Shown here one piece after another: positions 46,955 to 61,258 of a stretch of 64,000 nt of DNA. The stretch is taken from the NCBI RefSeq assembly GCF_009914755.1, contig NC_060925.1; one strand, written 5' to 3'. A program made the translations under genes and the position numbers. Below the pieces are notes generated by a model. That model had not been told where the DNA came from. It made no database searches and saw only the letters and a program-made list of their open reading frames with translations. Within the stretch, counting starts at the first letter, position 1. The number at the start of each line of letters is the position of its first letter. This stretch comes from the human T2T-CHM13v2.0 reference genome, Homo sapiens.

Positions 46955-49231
46955 TAATACAGTTTGGCTCTGTATCCCCACCCAAATCTCATCTTGAATT
47001 GTAGTCTGAATTTTAATCACCATTTGTTGGGGGAGGGACCTTGTGGGAGGTGATTGGATCATGGGGGTGGTCTCCCCATGCTGTTCTCATGATAGTGAGT
47101 GATTTCTCACAAGCTCTGATGATTTAATACTGGTCTTTTCCCCACTTCACTCTGCACTTCTCCTTCCTGCCGCCTTGTGAAGAAGAATGTGTTTGCTTCC
47201 CCTTCTGCCATGATTGTCAGTTTCCTGAGGCATCCCCAACCCTGTGGAATTGTGAGTCAGTTAAACCTCTTTCCTTTATAAGTTATCCAGTCTTGGGAAG
47301 TTGCTTACAGTGGTGTAACAATGGACCAATACAGTAAATTGGTACTGAAGGGGCAGGGCACTGCTCTAAGGATACCCAAAAATGTGGAAGCAACTTTGGA
47401 ACTGGGTAAGTTCCAAAGGAAGAGGTTGGAACTGTTTGGAGGGCTCTGAAGAAGACAGGAAAATGTGGGAAAGTTTGGAACTTCCTAGAGACTTACTGAA
47501 TGGCTTTGACCAAAATGCTGATAGGGATATGGACAATAAAGCCCAGGCTGAGGTGGTCTCAGATGGAGATAAGGAACTTGTTGGGAACTGGAATAAAGAT
47601 GACTCTTGCTATGCTTTACTGAAGACAATGGTGGCTTTTTGCCCCCCCTTGAGATCTGTGGAACTTTGGACTTAAGAGAGACGACTTAGGGTATGTGGCA
47701 GAAGAAATTTCTAAGCAGCAAAGCATTCAAGAGGTGACAGAGCATAAAAGTTTGGAAAGTTTGCAGCCTGACAATGCAAAAGAAAAGAAAAGTCCATTTT
47801 CTGGGGAGAAATTCAAAGTAGCTGCAGAAATTTGCGTAAGTAATGAAGAGCTGAATGCTAACTGCCAAGACAATGTGGAAAATGTCTCGAGGGCATGTCA
47901 GAGACCTTCATGGCAGCTCTTCCCATCACAGGCCCAGAGACCTAGTAGGGAAAAAATGGTTTCCTGGGCAGGGTCTAGGGCCCCCTGATGTGTGCAGCCT
48001 TGGGACTTCGTGCCCTGCATTCCAGCTGCTCCAGCCTTGTCTAAAAGGGGCCAAGGTACAGCTCAGGCCATTGTTTCAGAGGGTGCAAGCCCCAAGTCTT
48101 GACAGCTTCTATGTGGTGTCAGTCCTACAGGTATGCAGAAGACAAGAATTGAGGTTTGGGAACTTCTGCCTAGATTTCAGGGGATGTATGGAAATGCCTG
48201 AATGTCCAGACAGAAGTCTGTGGCAGGGGTGCAGCCCTCATGGAGAACAACAGTGCAGAAGTGAAATGTGGGTTCCAAGCCCCAACACAGAGTCCCCACT
48301 GGGGCACTGTCTAGTGGAAATGTGAGAAGAGAGACACCATCCTCCAGAACCCAGAATGGTAGATCCACCAACAGTTTGCATCGTGTGCCTGGAAAAGCTG
48401 TAGACAATACCAGCCATGAAAGCAGCCAGAGGGGGCTATATTCTGCAAAACCACAGGAGTGGAGCTGCCCAAGGCCGTGGGAACCCACCCCTTGTATCAG
48501 CATGCCCTGGATATGAGACATGGAATCAAAGGAGATTATTTTGGAGCTTTAAGATTTAATGATTGCCTTGCTGGATTTTGGACTTGCGTAAGGCCTGTAG
48601 CCCCTTTGTTTTGGCCACTTTCTCCCACCTGGAACAGCTGTATTTACCCAATGCCTATACCTCCATTGTATCTAGGAAGTAACTAACTTGCCTTTGATTT
48701 TACAGGCGCATAGGCAGAAGAGACTTGCCTTGTCTCAGATAAGACTATAGACTTGGACTTTTGGGTTAATGCTGAAATGAGTTAAGACTAGGGAACTGTT
48801 GGGAAGGCATAATTGTGTTTTGAAATGTTAGAAAGATGAGATTTTGGAAGGGCCAGGAGCAGAATGATATAGTCTGGCTCACATGTCCCCACCCAAATCT
48901 TATCTTGAATTGTAACCCAAATTGTAATCCCCATGTGTTGGGGTAGGAACCTTGTGAGAGGTGACTGGATCATGGGGGTGGTTCCCTCATGCTGATCTTG
49001 TGATAGTGAGTGAGTTCTTACAAGATCTGATGGTTTTATAAAGTGCTCTTCCCTGCTTTGCTCTGCACTTCTCCTCCTTGCTTCCTTGTGAAGGACATGT
49101 TTGCTTCCCCTTCTGCCAAGATTGTAAGTTTCCTGAGCCCTGTGGAACTGTGAGTCAATTATACCTCTTTCCTTTTTAAATTACCCAGTCTTGGGCACTT
49201 CCTTTTAGCAGCATGAAAATGGACTAATACA
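46955..49231 (+). mobile_element. Complete THE1D-like MaLR element (LTR 46955-47333, internal, LTR 48865-49231) inside L1
   Basis: Two ~370-bp LTRs ending ..AATACA, internal starting GTAAATTGGTAC, 5-bp TSD GTTGG (46950-46954, 49232-49236). Confidence 0.93.
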
Positions 49232-49396
49232 GTTGGTGTGGATGTGGTAAAAAGGGAACACTTTTACACTGTTGGTGGGAATGTAAACTAGTACAAGCAC
49301 TATAGAAAACAGTGTGGATATTCCTTAAATAACTAAAAATATATCTACCATTTGATCCAGCAATCCTGCTATTAGGTATCTACCCAGAGGAAAAGA

Positions 49397-49589
49397 AGCA
49401 AGGGTGGGTTGTGGCCATGTTGTGGATGCTTTAAATGCTGGGGATGGAGATTAACTCAATTTAAAAGAGCCAATGAGACATTTTGAACAGGGGACAATAT
49501 GATTGGAGTTTTTATCAGAGTTCATTAATCATGCAGTAAATGATACTCACACCTTGGGAAGTGATAAAAATTAAATGAGTCCAAAGCAG
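49397..49589 (+). repeat. 193-bp dispersed direct copy of 50288-50480
   Basis: Gapless alignment, 11 mismatches by hand count. Confidence 0.95.
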
Positions 49590-52049
49590 CACAATTTGCA
49601 ATTACAAAAATATAGAACCAGCCCAAATGCCCATCCCTCAACAAGTGGATAAAGAAAATGTGATATCTATATCTATATCTATACTACAGAATACTACTCA
49701 GCCACAAAAAGGAACAAAATAATGACATTTGCAGCAACCTGAATGGAATTGGAGACTATTATTCTAAGTGAAGTAACTCAGGAATGGAAAACCAAACATC
49801 GTGTGATCTCACTCATAAGTGGGAGCTAAGCTATGAGGACACAAAGGCATAAGAATGATACAATGGACTTTGGTGATGACTTAGGGGAAAGGGTGGAAGG
49901 GGGGTGAGGGATAAAAGATTACACATCGAATACAGTGTATACTGCTTGGGTGACAGGTGCACCAAAATCTCAGAAATCACCCCTAAAGACCTTATTCATG
50001 TAACCAAGTACCACTTGTTCTCTGAGAACCTATTGAAATGAAAAATAAATTTAAAAAAATAAGACTTCATGAAGGAGAATTCACATGACTTTAAAAGATG
50101 AGTGGAATTTCAACAAGTGGAGGGAGCAGAGCAAGAGGATATGTCAAGACAATCTGTCAGGTGGAGGGAATAACATTAATCAAGGATGGAGATGGAGAAA
50201 TGAAGTCTTGCTTGGAGAACATCAAGGAGTCAACTTCAATTGCACTAAAGCAAGAGATACATGTATTTAAGTAGTGGGAGAAAAAGCAGCAGGGGTGGGT
50301 TGTGGCCATATTGTGGATGCTTTAAATGTTGGGGATGGAGATTAACTCAATTTGAAAGAGCCAATGAGACATTTTGAACAGGGGGCAATATGATTGGAGT
50401 TTTCATCAGAGTCCATTAATCATGTGGTAAATGATACTCACATCTTGGGAAATGATAAAAATTAAATGAGTCCAAAGCAGTGAAGTATCTAACTAAATTT
50501 AGTAGGTGCAAAATTAATTCCCTCTTCTCCCTTCTATTGCACTCATTGTTTCTGAAGCTGTGATCTGCAAAAATGGGCCTAGAGTCCTATCAAGACTCTG
50601 CTGGCTGTGAATTTCATTTTTCCTCCCAGAATCCAGCTAAAGGTGTGACCTGGGTCTAGAAAATCCCCAGATGGAGGCCAGAGGATAAGCTTTTGTGACC
50701 TCTAGCTATTTACTTGAGCCTGAGAAACTTAGAATTCCATAGCTTAAATCCAGCCAGCCTGGCACTTGCTGCTAAAAGCTGCCTGAGGAGAGCTGGCCCT
50801 CTCTCTCTCCTCTCTTTTAATATGTCTCTTTAGAGGCTCATTTTGACTGACCAGCCAACATCACTTGGCATTCAGGAAGCATGTCTCCCCCCTCACTGCC
50901 TCCCCTGCGCTGAGCCTTGAGGATGATTTGGGGTTTTGTAGCCTATTATTTCTCGTCCCTCTTCCCTTCTCCTGCTGCTGGGAGGCTTTTTTTTCTGATA
51001 AGAACCTTCTAGCAGTTTCATCAGAGCCATTGTTAAGAAGAGGCGAGTCTTCTCACAATGGATACCTGATGATTTCCCCCTTTCTGCAGACAAATCAGTC
51101 CTTAGTGAAAGGTCTCATAATTGCTCTTGCACCATTATTCTGGATGTGCTGGTTTAGGGCCCCTCACTCAGCCTCCTTGGGAGAGGGAAAGAAAAATCCT
51201 GTTTCTTGCCATTCACTTTTTAAAAAATATGGCTGTGAAAATGCTCTCATTCTCCACTAATGGGATTTGAGGAAGACACAAATTCTGCACTTCTTACCCC
51301 CACACATTCTTGCAACATCCTTTACAGACTCAGAGGTTAACTGTGCTTTCCTGGGGTCCCTCCTCTCTTGTCCAACACATGGTGTTTCATCTCCCCAGAA
51401 GTCAAAATGCACTAACCCAGGCCCCTCTCAAGCATTTCAGTGTCTTAAAATAGAAAAACCACCCTTTCTGTATTCCACCCCTCCTAGGTAATTTTCTTTT
51501 TCTTCTACTCCCACACCTGCAGGCTAGCTTTCATCAGCTCACTCAAAAATTCATAAATTAAGTGTCCAGTATGGTTAAGGCACTGTGATAGGCACAGTGG
51601 GAGATGAATTACCCCTCAGCCTTCTCTATCTCGCATTCCTATATATTAGAGATCAAAGGCAGGCACTTTCGTTGGAAAGGCCAAATTCTTCCCAAGGCAC
51701 CCAAGAGCAACCCCATCTGATTTGCTCGTGATGTCCTCTGGGTAACAGACACCCTGTCAGAGGTAATTATTTACTTTAAAGCCACTCATTAGGAAATATT
51801 TAAATCTGGATTTCTTAACCCAACTCCCTGCAAATTGCAAGACTAATCTCCAGTGAATTCGTTTCTTACTCAACTTTTGGCTGACTCTTGGGAAAAAAGG
51901 AATTGGGGAAAGTGTTTCAAGTCAAACTGAGAACTGAACATACAGATACTCACCTGTAAGCGGAAAAAAGGTATTGACCAGACAAAAAAAGGGGAAGGTG
52001 GAGGTCTCCATCATGGGTGACAAAAGAGAAACAGATTTAGTCTTATAAC

Positions 52050-52877
52050 TGTCAATTGAAGAATGATGGGTTCGTAAATTTAGGAAGGAGAGCTTCATTT
52101 CTCATAAATGGTTAGTCTGCAGGGTGGCCAATGTGATAGGCTGGAAAGCATAGCCTTTGGACAGAAGCCAGAAACAGACACTTTGAGGGAAGGATAAATG
52201 GAATAGAAATTTATAATATATAAAGCAGAGTGGTTTTATATATTTTATTTAGAGATATGTGCATGTATATATATATTATATGTATATAAATATATATTAT
52301 ATATATATAAGTATATATAAAGCAATTTATATAAATATATATAAAGCCATTCTGCTTGATATTATATGTTATAGGAGAAGTCATGAATATTTATGAAAGG
52401 AGAAATATGCACGAACTTCATGCTCCTTCATGGGTCCCATGTTCAAGAAAATGGTGGCAAGCAAGATCCAACGGTGGAATTTTTGGGCCTCTAATATCAA
52501 AAGGTGAAGCAGAGGACATGAAAACCCTCACTGCACATCCTCCACAGACTTGCCAAAACCACTCCATGGTCAGTAGTCTCTTATCAGGAAGGAGTGCTGG
52601 TTAGTTGTGCTGAAACCACAAAAGACAGGGGCAGTGTCAGGTGGCTGGTGGATATCAGGGGTGGAGTCTTTCGAAAGAGCTGGTTTCTGTTGAACCCTTT
52701 GGGAAGAAAGCCTAATGGCAGTTAGCGAGGGAGGAGGTATGACAAGGCATGTCAGATCCCCCATCTTGTCATGGCCAGGAACTCAGCTTCCAAGGTTTCT
52801 CCAAGGTCCCCTTGGCCAAGTGGGGGGGGGGTCCATTCAGTTGGCTTGGAGGCTTAAAATTTTATTTTTAGTTCTCA
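52050..52877 (-). mobile_element. MER4-family LTR with internal (TA)n expansion
   Basis: Minus start TGAGAACTAAAAATAAAATTTTAAGCC..CTGAATGGACCCC; TSD TAAC/TAAT; TA-rich tract about 52215-52345. Confidence 0.8.
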
Positions 52878-53900
52878 TAATTGAGTCATTTGTTGGAGGA
52901 AGAGCAAGTACTACAGGTTTCTCTAATATTGACCTCTAAAGCAGAGGATCTGAAGGACAATTAGACTATGTTAAACAGTGTTAAAGAGACTGGTTTTGCT
53001 ACATGAACAGTAAAGCCAACATGGTTTTAATAGAGTAGCCATATCTCTCTTCTTGCCTCCCTTCATCTTGTCATCCTACAGAAGCAAGCAGAGCCAACGC
53101 TCAACTGACCATGCCAAGGAAAATGTGCCATACACATTCCTGAGACTCCAAGGCCTTCTCTGTAGGGCTTGGTGTTTTGCCCAGTTAATCTCTTCTTCCT
53201 AACTGTTGAATTCAGTTAGTAACATCTCTTTTCATATTGAGGGTCTCTTGTACTTGCTTCCTTATTCTTGGCTACGTTTCATTGAGTTTGGCTTATTGTT
53301 GCTTTGGTCCTGTTAAAGGCTCTTACCTAAACATTAAGGGAAGAATTATGGGCAGAGATTTTCCTTTAACCAAATAAGCCATTTCACAGGAGGCTTACAT
53401 AGATTCACTAGACATCAGTAAAACAAGAGTAAGCCTCCATGCCACCCCTAATCTGCCAGCACCCAAAGGGAGGAAAGGGCAGCATCCCTGGTCCAGAGTG
53501 ATAGCTCTCACAGTGCCAAACAGTGTGAGGACCATGCAAGAATACAGATGAACAGACATTGTCCTAGCAGCATGTGTTTTATGAAAAAGTACCGAGTCCC
53601 ATTTTGGTCAGAAAGGTCATCAATCCTGTTGCTGGTTTTAGCATGGACAAGTGTGCTAGGATCCCCCAGAGAGAAGCGGCCACTTGGAAGTAAGCATGGC
53701 CCTTAGGAGGTGTGGCTAGATATTCAAGTGCTGGACATCATGCCAAGAATGCACTGCTTCTTTCAAATTACATCCCTAAAACCAGTCACATCTTTCCAAA
53801 TCTAATATAACATTTGCACCTAAATTCAAATACAACTCTTTCTTACAGTTGAATGAATCACTTTGTGCCTTGGTTTTTTCACTTAAAAATACTGAAAAGA

Positions 53901-54289
<389 letters not shown>

Positions 54290-55657
54290 TTAGAATAGTG
54301 CTTGGCATATAGTAAAAACTCATTAAATGCTGTCTAGTGTTATTGTCGTTGCTGTTGTTATAAGTTAAAATCCACAAGCTTTAACTTAGAGTAGAATTTG
54401 GAAATTGGAAAAAGTAATTTCAAGGCCCAAGTTTCACCAGAAAGGAACTTCCCTGAGAAACCCTTATCAATACACATCCAAGTAAGTGAAGGAATGCAGT
54501 ATTATATCTTATTTGGCAGAACGTTTTCCTTCTGGGTCTATTTCACTCATTTATAGCCCCAATGAGAGAATGCTGATTGGGTTGCAGGGAAAGTTGGGTA
54601 AAGTTTTCATAGCCTAGAATATTCTTGATAATAACTAGAATTTATCCAAGAAATTAAAATATAAGATCATCCACAGGTTATATATCAGTAATCAAAAGTG
54701 AGTATATTATTCTCACTCGGTTTGCTAATGGTTGAAATTGCTCAGCGGGGTAGTGGAATAGTAGAGACCAGATGCTAAGATTCTCTGGTCCTGGGGAAGC
54801 AGGTTTTCCATAGGGTCTCCATAGCACAGGTCACGGTGACATTTACCATAACTGGCAACTGGTGCACAGCTCCATAGTAAACATGGAAATGACTTCACTG
54901 TAACTAACTTGCTAGCTCCATGTTTTAAGAATTGTGCAAGAATCACTCATCTGCATAGAGAGTACTGATGGTTACACAGCATGTATTTAACGCCAGTGAA
55001 CTGTACACTTACAAGTGGTTACAATGACAGATATGTCTATCTTGCCACAATAAAAAAATAAAGTTGCAAATAAAAAATAAACAAAAATAAGCACCACCCC
55101 GTCTTTAGCCCAGAAGATAGGACATCGTAATACATCTACCCACCAAATGGTAGGACAAAATAGGTAGTAAGTCCACGGGTGAGAAAGTTGACTTGAGGAG
55201 AGGAAAACTAGCCTATGAATCACATCTAATTAATTTCAGAGAGTATCAGCTGGTATTCAAATATGTACAGCCCCTTATGTATGCTGGGATGGAAAACTAA
55301 CAAACAGGAAAGAATGTGTCTCCATAGTTTAGCAAGGTAGCCAAGAAGCCGAAATAGATTCTGCCCGTAAAATGCTATTAGAAATCTACTCAATTAAGGC
55401 AACCCCTTACTGTGAGGCCCAATTTCTTTGGCCACATTTTTCACTCTATATGGGTGAGGTTGAGTAAGGACGCCAGCCCAAGTTTATGGGTCTTCAAGTC
55501 TTCTTTTAAGAAGGCTTTTAATCCCTCTTTTCAGGGAGGCTGGTCTCGCCAGGAATGGCAAGCTTGCCAGGAACCTACGGTCTTTGGCGCCACTCACAAC
55601 ACTGCTAACTGCTGCTGTCACCACTCTTGTAGGGGGTGGTCTCCTGCACGGCGCCTG

Positions 55658-55691
55658 CTGCGCCCTCTAGTGTCATCAACGGTCTTGTGCA
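55658..55691 (-). promoter_or_regulatory. CTCF motif with putative upstream module
   Basis: Minus strand TGCACAAGA-n6-ATGACACTAGAGGGCGCAG versus consensus TGGCCACCAGGGGGCGCTA; local CpG retention. Confidence 0.65.
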
Positions 55692-56009
55692 GTTCTTTGT
55701 GGGAAAGGGAACAAGGCTTAGAGTTATTCAAAGCCTAACCTCCAGCGATTTTCCTTTCTGGACTCCTTGGTTCATAGAGAGCGCCCTCAGGGGTCATGGC
55801 AGAGGGGAGACCTGGGTATCCTGTGTATCCGTGTGTATACCCAGGAATTCGGGTCACTTAAAATTCTTGCATTCCTCTTCATTCATTTTCCAGTGAAGTT
55901 CAACAGCACACATACAATAGCAATTCTAGAAACTATTCTGGACAGATAGGTCTCCAGGGTGCAGAGGCTAAACAGACACTAACAACAACTATGGCAGAGC
56001 CATGTTGAG

Positions 56010-56382
56010 GCTCACAGCCCTGTTTTTTCCCCCTAAGCCTATGTCTAGACTGTACATCCCAGCCAGCCTTGCAGTTAGCTATGACCAGTAATTGAATTCT
56101 AATCCATGTGTAAAAAGCCATATATAAAGAAACAATGAATTTGTTTAGGCTCTTAAAAACTCCCACACTTCATCCTCCTTTTTTTTTTCCTCATATGCTA
56201 GCTGAATGAAAAAGATTTCAAGTTCCTGGAGGACAGTGGGCTATAATATGGGACACCATCCAGGGAAAAACATGGACTTTGGTCTGTGACATGAGCGAGA
56301 AATAAACTTTTATGGTATTAAGCCACTAAGATTTTGAGTCTGTTCATTATATCAGAAAGCATTACTTGGCCTAACTAGTACA
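56010..56382 (+). mobile_element. Old MLT1-type LTR remnant
   Basis: CATCCCAGCCAGCCTTGCAGTTAG...GAGAAATAAACTTTTATGGTATTAAGCCACTAAGATTTTGAG. Confidence 0.6.
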
Positions 56383-59014
56383 TTGACCCTGTGATTCTAC
56401 TTTCAAAACAGCATGCTAATAAAAAAGCAGTGATGCATATAATAATTTTTAAAAAGAAGATAATAAGGAGGAAAAGTTGTATATTTTTCATTAAAAAACT
56501 ATCCCTTGCTCAATGATATAAAAAGCTTCCAGTAAACTGACCATACAAGAAATGATTGTTAAGTGAATCTATTTCAGTAATGAAAACCATTATAAAACCA
56601 GTTATATTTTTTCTGAAGAAAAAACAGCCTTTTATGTGGTAAAATTACATGTTTAAAGATATAATAAATATTTTATAAATCAAAATTATAAAAGGAGAGC
56701 AGAATAATTTATCACAATTATGTACTATTATATACCATATAGAAATTATCAATATTATATATCACTCTAGACTTCAAAGGAAGTATCTGCATTATGTCAA
56801 ACGGTGAGCATTACTCAGCTGCCAGAATTTCATTGTCAGAACCTCATCGAGGTAGGCTCTGTTCTTTTGTCCAATGATGGCAAGGAAGAAAAGTACCCTG
56901 ACCATCTGGCAGGGATGCTCTGGTGGGCATGCCTGCCTTGGGCAGGTATGGGATGGAAGTCTGAGACCTCTTTTAACCCTGAGTGTTTATGCCTTAGCAA
57001 AGGAGCCAAATAATCTCCAAATTCCATAAGTTTTATGAGGCTTAATGTGAGGCCATATTTGGAATTCTTGTAGCAATTTTTTACTTATTTTGTAAAAAAC
57101 TCCCAATTCTAAATTCTAATTAAGAAAAGCACAAATGCATATGATGAGGTCTTCCTAGCAATTTCCTTGATGTTCTTTTGGAATACAAAATTATACTGAT
57201 TTTACATTACCTGAGTTTTCACTAACTCAAGTATAAAGGGAGGGGGGGAAGAATGTGAATTCTTTCATCCTAAAGAGCTATCAGCATTTCAAAAGCAAGA
57301 AAGTCATTCTGCAACTTCCCTGTCTATCTGGGAGGGGAAAAATGAATTTAAAATAAAGCAAATGGTTAAGAACTAGTGTTAATTGAAGATCAATCAGGAG
57401 TTAACCTACATTACGTCTGAAATTATAGTGCTAATTGATGGAATGCTAGGATTCAATTTAAAAGCAGATGGTTCACATACAGATTTTCACAACTCGAGTA
57501 ATATAAAAGATTAGATATCCTGCCATATTTGTTTACCCTTTCAATAGGCAGGAAGGAGCTCCTTCAAAGATGCACATGTAAAAGAAGAAAACTTCCTCTC
57601 TAGTTTCATTGGTTTAATTTCATTGGGGGCCTAGGCTTGGGATGAAGGTAGGTAGGGGCAGGGTCTGAGCGGTGAGTAGATACATATTACCAAACATAAA
57701 TTGCCAGTACGCTTTCTGTTTAACTGCTGTGCACATGAAATCTCTGTTCCCAGCAAGGAGAAATTTGCAGGCTGGTTGCATTCATCACCAGAAAAAGCCC
57801 TGGATTTTCTGCTGCTGTTGTGTTTGGTGGCTTGTTTTAATTAGGGACCAGGAAATTGATCAGTTTTAGCCCACCAAGCACGAATTCCAGCTTAGACTCT
57901 TATTCTTTTCGCCACCATCTTCAGAATTAATTTCTACAGTTCTTCAGCTGCATCAGCATTTTGACCCTGTGTTCAGGTGAATCCAAAACAGTTGCTTGAG
58001 TTGGTCAATACAAACATGAAAAATCATGAAATACAGTCGAGAAAATCATCGTTTCAGTCAAAAAGTTGATATAAATGCAGTAAGAAAAGCCTAAAGTTCA
58101 CCTTTTTGATGAGAAACAAAGGGCTGTGAAGAGATTTTACTCTAAGGCAAAATTTAAGACAAATGCTTTTAAAATGTCACTATCTCTACAACCTAAAGAG
58201 CCCTAGGCACAGTGTCTATGTGTATCCTTTTAACAGTGAATGAATTTAACATTCTATAAACACTTGCCTGTATTTCTGCTCTCCACCCCAACACATACAC
58301 ACAAAATAAGACAAAGCACTAGTTTTAGATGCAAATATTGTACTCTTTCCTTAATAGATACATTTGTTGTTTAATGGAACCTATTATTTTGGAAGTGAAT
58401 CCTTTAGTTCTTAAGATGGTATCAAGTATAACATTGACTTGCATTTCAGAAAACAGTGGTACATGTATGACTGGAGAGAGGTATGACTCTCTCCAGGCCC
58501 TTCAGGAAGAAATTTAAAACAAGAACCACAGTCAGAATTTAGTTTTCAATTCCCCCTTATCTAAGGTCTATGTGAATTGAAAATAAGAAAAAGAAGAAGA
58601 AGGAGGAGGAGAAAAAGCTTTAAAAGGAAAAGTCTTACTAAAGGATAAAAAAAAATCTGCAAATAATTGGACAATACAAAATAAAATCCTTATCTCCTAT
58701 AAAGCACAACCAAACACTACCTGGTTCTTGATGAAGTCTCTCTAACGGCAGAAATATGTGAATGAATATAAAATAAGTTAGCAAATGCCTTCGTTACTAC
58801 TGGCATATTAGAGAGAATGGTGGAGGGGAACTAAGGGATATGAGATCTGATCTTGGCACCCACCAGCTGGTCATCTATGACATTGACCAAGCCCCATGCC
58901 CTCTCTGGGCCTCAGCTTCCTCATCTTTAGTATAAGGGGATTCATTTAGATCAGAGTTTCCCAGTGAGTTTGTTACAACTCTAGTTCCATAGGATGGTGG
59001 GGGTATAAGGTGAA

Positions 59015-59662
<648 letters not shown>

Positions 59663-59797
59663 AAAAAAATTTTTTAAATACTAAATTAAATTCAGTTAAA
59701 AGATTATATAGTCAATAAATTAGGAAAATAAAGTTAAATAAAGTGAAACAGGTATCTTTACTGCAGAATGTCTCAGGCTCCCTGGCATGCTGTATCA

Positions 59798-60294
59798 TAT
59801 TACTGAACGGAACTAGGATCCAGTTGTCTGGTGCAGTAAACCCAGACACAGATGCTTGAGATTTGCAGTGGAGAAAAGGAGATTTATTGCATGGCATTAA
59901 GCAAGAAGAATGAGCAGTTAACGCTTGAGACCTGAACTACCTAACAGCTTACAAGCAACGGTTTCAGGAGAGCAGAAGTTGCCGTCAAAATTGTAAACCA
60001 ACTCATGGAGGCTATATATTGGTTTGGCCCATAGGTATGACTCTCTCCAGGCCCTTCAGGAAGAAATTTAAAATAAGAACCACAGTCAGAATTTAGTTTT
60101 CCATTCCCCCTTATCTAAGGTCTATGTGATAGCAGTGGGCATTTTCCAGCTGATGGGAGTTTCTGTAAAACAACTCAAGAACATATGCTAAGATGTTGTC
60201 TTTTAGTTTCTATAAGGAGCCAAAACAACTTATGACTCTGGCTTGCTTGGGAGATTGTTGTTACTATTTTCTTGCTTATCTGTTCCTCATTTAC
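59798..60294 (-). mobile_element. ERV1 LTR, truncated at the adjacent Alu and carrying a 97-bp foreign insert
   Basis: TATTACTGAAC..GATTTGCAGTGGAGAAAAGGAGATTTATTGC (reverse LTR 3' end with poly(A) signal); subfamily uncertain. Confidence 0.65.
60033..60129 (+). repeat. 97-bp dispersed direct copy of 58479-58575
   Basis: Gapless, 2 mismatches by hand count. Confidence 0.95.
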
Positions 60295-60579
<285 letters not shown>

Positions 60580-60614
60580 TATAGCTTAATGCTGAAATAA
60601 GAATAATAGGCACT

Positions 60615-61258
60615 TCGCAAAACTGAGTCCCTCAAGGGACTGAACCTGCCTTTGTAAGACTTTGTGAAAGGCCACAAAATTAGGATTATAACAGGGGTCT
60701 GAATTCTGCTAAGACATAGGCATAATTAAACAATAACCAGCCATTGTTCCCTAGCTTGCTTTTTGATAATTGCTTACTGCTCAGGAGTCATGTTGCTGGA
60801 GGTCACAAGATTTGTAACTTCCCCAATTGCTCCTATAGATAACATCACTATTGTAAAACCCAACACTGATCTTTCAGATACTTTTTAGACTTTTGCATTC
60901 TAGTGGTCCAACTGACACCACCTGTACCCACTCATACCAAGGAACTGACTTAATTGGTCCTGTAACCTCCCACCCAGAAACTGATTCAGCACATGAAGAC
61001 AGTTTTGACATTCCTATGAGTTCATACCCAGCCAATCAGCAGCACCCATTCCCTAGCCCCCTGCTTACCAAATTATCCTTAAAAACCTAGCCTCTGAGTT
61101 CTCAGGAAGGTGGATTTGAGAAATATTTCTCATCTTCCTCACTCTGTGCCCCACAAATATTAAACTCTTTCCCTACTGCAACACCTGCTGTCTCAGTGTA
61201 TTGGCTTCTTCTGTGCAACAGGCCATAAGAACCCTCTGGTTTCTTCTGGTCTGTAACA
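60615..61258 (+). mobile_element. LTR8/LTR26-like ERV1 LTR (5' incomplete)
   Basis: GCCTTTGTAAGAC..GAAAGGCCACAAAATTAGGATTAT..GAATTCTGCTAAG; ends CTGTAACA. Confidence 0.75.

Larger units (their letters stand above)
41405..50060 (+). mobile_element. Full-length L1PB (L1PB1-like), ORFs disrupted
   Basis: 5' UTR ATGGCAGACAGGAGGCAG; ORF1 remnants from about 42482; EN fragment (IVGDFNTPL..IDH, ORF 43933-44397); RT fragment (LFADD, ORF 45307-45984); 17-bp TSD AAGA(T/C)TTCATGAAGGAG at 41388-41404 and 50061-50077. Confidence 0.95.

Noticed and set aside
47382-48686. Overlapping ORFs up to 156 aa
   Set aside because: THE1 internal sequence, broken in all frames.
49397-49589. L1 3' transduction
   Set aside because: The copy is internal to the L1, comes from this locus's own flank, and has no poly(A) or TSD.
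55636-55896. ORF containing QFFVGKGTRLRVI, resembling an Ig/TCR J segment
   Set aside because: The motif is F-V-G-K-G rather than F-G-x-G. I see no heptamer/nonamer RSS upstream and no GT donor right after it. It overlaps the CTCF motif region.
57548-57671. Possible plus-strand exon (TTTCAATAG ... GCG|GTGAGT)
   Set aside because: Splice-like signals only, with no coding match or partner exons I can support.
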